Origin: Bdellovibrionota bacterium
Lineage (GTDB): Bacteria; Bdellovibrionota_C; UBA2361; JBGSMV01
NCBI GenBank assembly: GCA_041739995.1
Contig: JBGSMV010000062.1
Coordinates: 1-14,079 of the forward strand
Reading direction: 5' to 3'
Length of the DNA stretch: 14,079 bases
Shown here: positions 7,641-14,079 of the stretch, piece after piece
Layout of the letters: every line of letters starts with the position of its first letter
Position numbering within the stretch: the first letter of the stretch is position 1
The notes under the pieces: model-generated
Databases searched by the model: none
Told to the model about the DNA's origin: nothing
The model's input: only the letters and a program-made list of their open reading frames with translations
Translations under genes and position numbers: made by a program

Positions 7641-10586
7641 ATGAAGTTAGGTATGTCGGCGCACTGTTTCTCTCTCTCACGCAACGTGGTTACTCGTCTC
7701 GCTATGGCGGGACTTTTGGTTACCGCCGCATGTCTTCCTCTTGATTTACACGCACAAGGTTCTGCAGGTGGAGGAAACGCCGGCGGTGGAAACGCCACTG
7801 GTGGTACTGCAGGAGGTGGCACGGCGAACCCCCCGGGCATTGGCAGCTACAACTTCTCATTCATGATGGATGCTCAATACTTTGTCGCCCCTGCAAGCTA
7901 CACCGACCGCTGGATCGGCACTTGGAAGGAAGCCCGTGACATCAATGGCTCGGGTAGCTGTGAGTATAAGGAACACGCTCAAACACGATGGGATCTCTAC
8001 AAAACTGGCATCGGTAGCGCCGCAAAGTGGACCGGAAAAGCGAAGCTTCTAGTGCTTCCGATTCGGACCTCTGGATCCTGCGCAGCGCTCCCTGGTTACG
8101 AGGCTTCATACGCACCCCGCACTTTAGGCGATAGCGTCTGGACGGTAACAGTTAAGGAGCTGAGGATTTCCGGTTCAAACGTAACCGTACTCGATACAGA
8201 CACCGATTCTTGGTTTCCCCAGCCTTCCTCAAGTTCAGACTATCTATACTTCGCTGAGAAAGTTCGAGACTACACCAGCTCATTGAATTTTTCTGTCCCT
8301 ACCTTTTTATCCTCGAACACCGCGGCGTCAAACGCCCAATGTCGAAGCGGGAGCAGTAGCAGCGTGAGATACGGGGCTCGTGCATACGCTTTTCAAGCAG
8401 AAACAGGCTGCAATGACACGACCAACACAGATGATGGCCGCTACTACACATCGTTAAGCTGCATTCCTCCGGAAGGTCAAATCAGCCACTTCGACGTGGA
8501 AGGCACCCTCATTCGCGGCGAAAAGCCGTGCGCATGTGAGGTGACCAATGACGGCGCACCTTCAGTAGATACAAATGCCTGTAGCGAACGAGGAACTCCT
8601 CCGTCTGCAGCGGAATGTCAGCAAACGTTCGCGAATGCCAACACAGAGAACTTCACTCCGTTGGGCAATAACCGCTACCATTTTGACGTACGCCTTGCAG
8701 CCCTAAACCAAGGTGTCTCAAAAGCCATGCCGGCAGACTTCATGGTAGCCGGTGAACGCTCCTCGCGTCTCGACCCTGCATCAAGTGCCCATTTCACGTC
8801 AGGCTTAAATGACTTGCACGGCTACCTGTCAGAATACCTCTCGGCCGACGGACGAAATGACCGATTATTCAAAGCGGGACTTCTGACCTTCAATAAAGAC
8901 GGACACACCCATCGTTTCTTGGCCGATGTTCCTGAGACGCCGCTTGCAAACGGTTGGATTGGTGAACTGGTAGGCGCCTGTGACGTGAGCTACGGAAACG
9001 GGGCCAGCAAGGCTTTCTCACAGAATCTTGCCCACAGTAAGCGCGCTTGTCTCGATTCGACTAAGGCTCGCCGAGTTCTGATTATTGCAGCCCGGGGGCA
9101 GGAACAACTTACGCCTACCCTAGAGGCAACTCTTGCGAGTGTTGCTAATCTTTCGGACGTCACTATCTTTGCTCTTGGACTTGACGTTGATCACCCGACC
9201 GCAGATCTGCTGCGCCGAGTGGTAAAACAGCGTGGCACCCAGAAAGGTGCGTACTACAATGTCCGTAACCTTTCAGGCATTAGTACGGCTCTTGAGAGCA
9301 TTGCCACTAGTTTTCTCCCAAGCGGCCCTGCCACGAACATGATAGTAGAAGTACCGCTTGCGCCGCAGTTCACGCTGGTGTCGGCTCAGCTTTTCAGACG
9401 TAATGGTCAGACCTTAGAGTTCCTAAAGAACGTGCAACAGAGCCAAGGCACTGGTGCGCTGCACTTCAACCTGGATGATCAGCTAGCTCTCGGCCAAGAG
9501 AAGGTTCTGCGAGTCACCGTTGAAATGACGCAGTGCCTAAACCAAACCGTCGATGTGTTTGCCTCCGGAACGAAGGTAGCCTCATTTGCGAATGCCTGTG
9601 GCCTTCACAATCGTGCGCTCTCAAATCCAGGCGCAGGATTCTCACCAGGATGTTTAAGCCTTTCAGGTGCTGCCCGTGGGCCTGATGGCATCGCGATCAG
9701 CGGCGCCCTGATAGAAGCCCGCCTTGGTGCTCAGACCGTTTTCCAAACCGTGACTGACGTAGCAGGTGGATTCCTTCTGCCCGCGCTTGGTGCAGGCAGC
9801 TACACCTTAGAAGCATCGGCCAATGGCTTACAGTTTGCGGCTCAGTTCCAGAACCCTGTGGTTCTTTCGAATCAATCACAGGCCAACTTGGTTTTCATTG
9901 GAATGCCTGGTAGTGCCTCGTCTAGCAGCTCAGCGGGTTCTCAATCGAGCGCGGGCTCTTCGACGAGCGGAAGTTCAAGCAGCGCCGGCCAAAGCTCTAG
10001 CGCTCAATCAAGCTCGAACCCATCATCGCAGGCAAGCAGCAGTGCAGGTTCTAATGGAAGCGGTGCATCGTCGTCCGCTTCAAACGCCTCAGCCCAATCG
10101 TCTGCGGCACCGGCTCCGACGCCTATCATCAATCCAATAAGTGACCCAGAAATGCCGACCCCAAGCTGCGCGTCCCTTGAACTCGCAGGTCTAAAGCAGG
10201 GGGTGAAGCCAGAGTTACGCCTTGCACTTCGACGCTTCACTCGACAGTTTAATGCGCCAGCAACTGCGGCGATTAAGCGTCAACAGCGAAGACTACGCGG
10301 AGTGAAGCGGGCGGTAGCACGGGTGCAAGCTACGATTGTGGCTCTGCCTGACCGCATTAGCTCGAGTGACACCCCTGCGGTTCGCGCCCAGAAAGTAGCG
10401 GCTGTATCTCAAATCGCCACTGACATACGCGGCACATATGATCTTTCCCTTCGTGTTCTCTTGGCTAGAAACGCGGGCATCAACCGCGCAACTGACAGGA
10501 GAGGAAGGGTAAGAGCTGCCTTCGATAAGGCAGTAAATAGTGTAAATGAAACGTTGATACCATACCTCACAACTCGATGTGGGTAG
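7641..10586 (+). CDS. large secreted/surface multidomain protein: Gly-rich leader, Cys-containing N-terminal region, vWA-like domain, Ig-like and carboxypeptidase-regulatory-like domains, Ser-rich linker, basic C-terminal domain
   Basis: Long ORF (open from 7599; ATG options 7641, 7653, 7704); hydrophobic segment ending LHA|Q; vWA-like segments at ~8730-9310; GIAISGALIE...TDVAGGF...GSYTLEAS at ~9650-9905; Ser-rich 9911-10110. Confidence 0.8.
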   Translation: MKLGMSAHCFSLSRNVVTRLAMAGLLVTAACLPLDLHAQGSAGGGNAGGGNATGGTAGGGTANPPGIGSYNFSFMMDAQYFVAPASYTDRWIGTWKEARDINGSGSCEYKEHAQTRWDLYKTGIGSAAKWTGKAKLLVLPIRTSGSCAALPGYEASYAPRTLGDSVWTVTVKELRISGSNVTVLDTDTDSWFPQPSSSSDYLYFAEKVRDYTSSLNFSVPTFLSSNTAASNAQCRSGSSSSVRYGARAYAFQAETGCNDTTNTDDGRYYTSLSCIPPEGQISHFDVEGTLIRGEKPCACEVTNDGAPSVDTNACSERGTPPSAAECQQTFANANTENFTPLGNNRYHFDVRLAALNQGVSKAMPADFMVAGERSSRLDPASSAHFTSGLNDLHGYLSEYLSADGRNDRLFKAGLLTFNKDGHTHRFLADVPETPLANGWIGELVGACDVSYGNGASKAFSQNLAHSKRACLDSTKARRVLIIAARGQEQLTPTLEATLASVANLSDVTIFALGLDVDHPTADLLRRVVKQRGTQKGAYYNVRNLSGISTALESIATSFLPSGPATNMIVEVPLAPQFTLVSAQLFRRNGQTLEFLKNVQQSQGTGALHFNLDDQLALGQEKVLRVTVEMTQCLNQTVDVFASGTKVASFANACGLHNRALSNPGAGFSPGCLSLSGAARGPDGIAISGALIEARLGAQTVFQTVTDVAGGFLLPALGAGSYTLEASANGLQFAAQFQNPVVLSNQSQANLVFIGMPGSASSSSSAGSQSSAGSSTSGSSSSAGQSSSAQSSSNPSSQASSSAGSNGSGASSSASNASAQSSAAPAPTPIINPISDPEMPTPSCASLELAGLKQGVKPELRLALRRFTRQFNAPATAAIKRQQRRLRGVKRAVARVQATIVALPDRISSSDTPAVRAQKVAAVSQIATDIRGTYDLSLRVLLARNAGINRATDRRGRVRAAFDKAVNSVNETLIPYLTTRCG
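7758..7830 (+). repeat. coding low-complexity Gly-rich pentapeptide repeats
   Basis: GSAGG GNAGG GNATG GTAGG GTA immediately after the predicted signal peptide. Confidence 0.6.
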
Positions 10587-10695
10587 GCTCCTCTCCCGGT
10601 GCGTGGTGCACCGGGGTGAGGTCTCTTAGAGACTTTTCGCTCAACGGAGTTTGAACGAAGGGCGCTATCCAAATAGGAAATCCACAACCACCCCC

Positions 10696-10729
10696 AAGGC
10701 CCGGTGCTCACCACACCGGGCCTTTTTTT
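10696..10729 (+). terminator. intrinsic terminator downstream of the large secreted protein gene
   Basis: AAGGCCCGGTG, 7-nt loop, CACCGGGCCTT, with the T run (7 T) extending to 10729. Confidence 0.85.
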
Positions 10730-10881
10730 GGCCTATTTCGTTGTGGAGGCACTTCTGTCGCTACGGCCACATACCCACAGGCAATCTCTTCGCGAACGAG
10801 AGCTGTAGCTACTCAGGCACTGGAATGAAAGAACGGGGGTATAGGGCGATCAGTCCTGGGACATCGCGACCGATCATTTAG

Positions 10882-10957
10882 TAACACGGGGGACGCAGAA
10901 GGCACGGGGAAGGATCGAAGCAAGGCTTTCTCCGTGACCACCGCGTCCCCCGGGTTA
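10882..10957. repeat. 76-nt imperfect inverted repeat (long hairpin) between convergent genes
   Basis: CGGGGGACGC (10887-10896)/GCGTCCCCCG (10943-10952) perfect; outer TAAC/GTTA; inner CACGGGGAAGG/CTTTCTCCGTG with G-U pairs. Confidence 0.7.
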
Positions 10958-10981
10958 GAAAATCTCTGCGCCAACTGCAGC

Positions 10982-11806
10982 TTACTCTAGGATTTTTTCG
11001 GCGAAGCTAAAGGAAGTAACCGCAACGCTCACACGCCCCTGCTCTTCTGAAGGAGGAAGAGACGAGGTATCGCGGTCAAATTGCGCAAGGTAAGAACGCA
11101 ATCTCCTGTGTAGCACTTGACCCTGTCTCACCAACCAAGCTCTGATCTCTGGCAAGTGTGAGGGAGGAATGTTGTCGTATTCGGTGCGGTAGTGCATGTG
11201 GCCTTCGCCACTCGACTGGAACGCGACGTTATACTCAATCGCATCCAATAAGGTTCCAACGTCTTTCGCAGCCAGCGAGAAGGCCGCTTCCTCATGCTCA
11301 CCCACCTTTTCAGTGCCGCGCATTAACTTTAACTTGTCGTCTTGTTCTTCAACCGCTCCATTGCGCTTAAGCTCGAAAAGTACAGAGGCGTGGTTAATGT
11401 GCTTGCTTACATCGGCAACCAGCGACTCAAACGAATCGTTCGATCCTGTGAGCGTTAGTGTTTTGGGGTGCCCAGAGCGTGTCTGGTAACGGGGATCACG
11501 TTCCCACTTACTTAGTACTTTCGAAAGAATGCCCTGTGGCTTGGTGTCTTCGGGCGCTGCGTGTTCATCAAGCAAACGAACTACTTCGCTACGGTAGATA
11601 CCTGTGGCCACGCTCAAGCGGCTGGCGTTGATCTTGTGGGTCGTCTTTTGCAGTTCTTTATTGGCCACCTGGAGGTAAACTCGTTTGGCGGCTTCTTCGA
11701 ACTCGTGAATAAGGACCCCGCGCTTCATGCAGAAGCCCACAATCGGCGTTAGGAGCCCATCTAGGACTCGGCGAAAAATACTAAGGGTCTTGGGATCTAG
11801 AGTCAT
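10982..11806 (-). CDS. DUF6502-like protein
   Basis: LL-x-PIV-x5-RG...EF-x4-K-x2-Y-x2-VA, SRLSVATGIYRSEV, W-x2-DPRY, SFESLV-x2-VS, V-x2-EL-x-R-x-GAV; family recognised from pattern only. Confidence 0.75.
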   Translation of the reverse strand: MTLDPKTLSIFRRVLDGLLTPIVGFCMKRGVLIHEFEEAAKRVYLQVANKELQKTTHKINASRLSVATGIYRSEVVRLLDEHAAPEDTKPQGILSKVLSKWERDPRYQTRSGHPKTLTLTGSNDSFESLVADVSKHINHASVLFELKRNGAVEEQDDKLKLMRGTEKVGEHEEAAFSLAAKDVGTLLDAIEYNVAFQSSGEGHMHYRTEYDNIPPSHLPEIRAWLVRQGQVLHRRLRSYLAQFDRDTSSLPPSEEQGRVSVAVTSFSFAEKILE

Positions 11807-11958
11807 TTAAATCTCAGATAATTCTCAAAATTGAGCATTACTGAACCTAGGTATCGTCACAAGGGGGACATTTATGGAGTTTTTAGTGCAAATTTTCAGG
11901 CACTTTTTTACTGCTGCTAATGTATAGCGGCGTTTAAAGCCCGCTTATTAGCGCAAGA

Positions 11959-12219
11959 CTACTCCTCGATGCCAAAGCCGGCTGGCCCAGGAGCGGGAGT
12001 GCGAGTAGGGGGGGCACATGAAATATCGCATCCAGCAGGATTCGTGGTGGACGTACCGCCAGCCTCAGCGAGCTGAACTCCAGCCCGGAGATATGAATCG
12101 GAAATGGTCGAGGAGAGCTGACCGAGAGCTACAATTGAAAACAGGCCTACTAATAGGGTTCCTAGAACGAACTCTACTATTGAGCTGCCACGTTCTTCTT
12201 GCTTTGATTTCATATGCAT
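11959..12219 (-). CDS. Flp/TadE-like type IVb prepilin
   Basis: Charged leader KSKQEERG|SSIVEF with Glu+5, then a hydrophobic helix; ATG at 12219 or 12213 preferred over 12279. Confidence 0.75.
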   Translation of the reverse strand: MHMKSKQEERGSSIVEFVLGTLLVGLFSIVALGQLSSTISDSYLRAGVQLAEAGGTSTTNPAGCDISCAPPTRTPAPGPAGFGIEE

Positions 12220-12912
12220 CTCTGCCCTGTGTTTTGTCTGCTCACCTATCGAAACCTGCTCGCCTAGTGCCTCACTCATTTTTAGTACGAGAATCCGCTA
12301 CCCGCTTCTCGTAGGGACCCGACATCATTCACGGCGTTAGTCCCTGAAGCGGAAGGGCGGCAGTTTCACTGGTGACGCTCTGTCACGAGCCGCTCCCCCT
12401 CAGGTTAAGACATCAAGTGTCTCTTCCCATGGTTATGCATGAAAAAAGCATATAGATGCCGCAGGAGCGGCTCTCCTCACGTTGGATCTGATTTGACTCT
12501 CCACCAGGTGTAAGAATCAAAAGTCTGAGAAATTGCGATAACCTATTGTATATTAACATTTTAATGCGCCGCTAAGGCTAGGTTCTGTCACTCTGACTGG
12601 CAAGAGAAGACCTATTCTTCAATCAGTCACTGTTTGGGCAAAAAGAGAGCATTTATAATCATTCTCCCGCCTCCTCGATGTCTCGGTTGGGCACCTTCTA
12701 CGGGTTTCTCGGAGAGGAGGGTGTGGGCTCGTTTACCAAGTCCCCCTGTCCGGCAAAAAGTTGGCTCGAGTTCTGTGATTTAGAGGCCGATACTCGAGAG
12801 GCGCGGTCTGAGAGGTGCTGCTGTCAAACATGCCATCAAAAAGCGCTGCTTCATTCGTCTGGGAGTGACTTTCTGACCTCTTCTCTGAGGAGAGGCAATG
12901 CATGGTGAGCCG

Positions 12913-13293
12913 ATGAAACTTTCTCATTTCTTTTTCTTCATAGTAGCCGCAGTGACCCTGAGCTCCATAAGCGTAAAGATCGCCTGCGCACTCGAGCCGG
13001 AAGAGGAGGAGATAATTGTCGCCGCATTGGAAGAAGGTGGGTTCGAGCGCCTAGATTTCACTGAGAAGATACCGGCACTCTACACCGAATTGAATGGAAC
13101 CGATCTCTGTTTAGATCTCAATCCTGAATGGCTACGGGTCATTCTTGCTTCTCCGAACTATGTATCGTTTTGGGAGAGCGCTCGAGATGAATTCGAACGA
13201 AGCGGGATAGACGCAATTGAAGCGATCTCGGACTTTATTTGCAGCTCGTCGCCCATTCCAACTCCAACTACAGCGCCCCCGACTTGTCCCTGA
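12913..13293 (+). CDS. hypothetical secreted acidic protein with Pro/Thr-rich tail
   Basis: MKLSHFFFFIVAAV...ACA|LE signal-like N-terminus (alternative ATG 12898 after GAGGAGAGG); Glu-rich body; ends PIPTPTTAPPTCP. Confidence 0.7.
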   Translation: MKLSHFFFFIVAAVTLSSISVKIACALEPEEEEIIVAALEEGGFERLDFTEKIPALYTELNGTDLCLDLNPEWLRVILASPNYVSFWESARDEFERSGIDAIEAISDFICSSSPIPTPTTAPPTCP

Positions 13294-13648
13294 TGGAACT
13301 AAAAAATCATCCGTCGTCGCTGAATTCGCTTCCACCACACGGCGAAAAACTTTGCTTCCCTAAAGCGCTGAGGGTGTGTTGAGCGAGAAATTTAGGCGGG
13401 AGGAACGCGCCCCAGGTGGCCTATCGAAACAACCCGCCCGCCAAAGGGCGCGCCGGCTAAAGGGGTTGAGGCAAACGCGTCCCTTTTAGGGGACATATGA
13501 ATGGAGCCGCTACCAGTTCGAACATCGGTGAAGTCGAGGGGGCAACCCATAGCTTGCGAAGCAAGGGATCGAGCGGGAAATTTGAACAGCCCTTCGATGC
13601 GGTCGCGTTGCTCCCTTACTCAGGGCATTCGCCTCGCTCCCAATTCGG

Positions 13649-13714
13649 AACGGCTTGCCATGAGCGAGCAAAGCGAGTCGAAACGGCTTGCCATGAGCGA
13701 GCGAAGCGAGTCGA
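13649..13714 (+). repeat. two tandem 33-bp hairpin-forming repeat units next to the tRNA-Ala 3' end
   Basis: AACGGCTTGCCATGAGCGAGC(A/G)AAGCGAGTCGA at 13649-13681 and 13682-13714, one mismatch. Confidence 0.9.
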
Positions 13715-13715
13715 A

Positions 13716-13788
<73 letters not shown>

Positions 13789-13800
13789 GTACAGGCCGAG

Positions 13801-13830
13801 ATAGTAAACTCAGAGCGTTCTCCAAGTAAA
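13801..13830 (-). promoter_or_regulatory. putative sigma70 promoter for tRNA-Ala
   Basis: Minus strand TTTACT, 18 bp, TACTAT, then CTCGGCC, 12 nt before the tRNA. Confidence 0.45.
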
Positions 13831-13854
13831 CACGCCAGAAGAGTGCCGTCAGAA

Positions 13855-13884
13855 TTGCCAGCGGAGGGAAAGCTCTAGTAATCT
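13855..13884 (+). promoter_or_regulatory. putative sigma70 promoter for the tRNA-Pro locus
   Basis: TTGCCA, 18 bp, TAATCT, followed by GC-rich discriminator CCCCGGCG. Confidence 0.55.
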
Positions 13885-13896
13885 CCCCGGCGACGT

Positions 13897-13934
13897 CGGG
13901 CTGTGGCGCAGACTGGTAGCGCGTTCCCTTGGGG
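13897..13934 (+). pseudogene. tRNA-Pro(GGG) 5' half, interrupted after G37
   Basis: CGGGCTG TG GCGC AGACTGGTA GCGC G TTCCC TT GGG G; no 3' anticodon strand (GGGAA), T-loop or acceptor 3' strand follows. Confidence 0.85.
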
Positions 13935-14057
13935 ATGAATTCTTAGCAAACGCGAAGCGATTGCGGTAGAATTCATAACAGACGCTCAATGTGAGCAAGT
14001 GCGAACATTGAGACCCTAGCACCCCAAAGGGCAGTATCGGCGAAAAGTAGATTGTTT

Positions 14058-14079
14058 CGGGCTGTGGCGCAGACTGGTA
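14058..14079 (+). tRNA. second tRNA-Pro 5' end, cut off by the window edge
   Basis: CGGGCTGTGGCGCAGACTGGTA, identical to 13897-13918; completeness and anticodon not visible. Confidence 0.65.

Noticed and set aside
10651..10881. 76-aa ORF
   Set aside because: TTG start, runs through a strong terminator, no recognisable features
10879..10960. Hairpin as an integron attC site (AAC...GTT ends) or SRP RNA
   Set aside because: R boxes fit RYYYAAC/GTTRRRY poorly, the central spacer is paired, and no integrase is present; lacks the SRP CAGG/GNRA/AGCA motif
12257..12272. Possible sigma54 promoter for the pilin (minus strand AGGCAC-N-GAGCA)
   Set aside because: GG-N10-GC spacing fits, but the TGG and TTGC contexts are missing
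13649..13714. 33-bp repeats as a CRISPR array
   Set aside because: Two abutting copies, no spacer, no cas genes
13935..14057. Group I intron in tRNA-Pro
   Set aside because: Too short, no recognisable group I core, and followed by a new 5' half rather than the 3' exon

Overview
Bacterial chromosomal window of roughly balanced GC with accessory and cell-surface genes. In order: a putative toxin-antitoxin pair (88-aa protein plus AbiEii/MenT-like nucleotidyltransferase) behind a palindrome-overlapped, apparently leaderless promoter; a DUF2071/YqjF protein; two tandem secreted paralogues that look like trypsin-fold proteins lacking the whole second beta-barrel and the catalytic His/Ser; a histidine phosphatase; a NodU/CmcH-type carbamoyltransferase divergent from a GT2 glycosyltransferase; a ~980-aa secreted protein with a MIDAS-degenerate vWA-like domain; a DUF6502-like protein; an orphan Flp-like pilin; a small acidic secreted protein; tRNA-Ala(GGC) abutted by palindromic repeats; and a duplicated tRNA-Pro(GGG) 5' half bracketing a 123-bp hairpin-rich insert at the window end. 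The most unusual items are the half-trypsin pair, a Pro-rich Cys-Pro-stop C-terminus shared by three secreted proteins, and the tRNA-associated hairpin elements. All family assignments are by-eye motif recognition; no searches were run.
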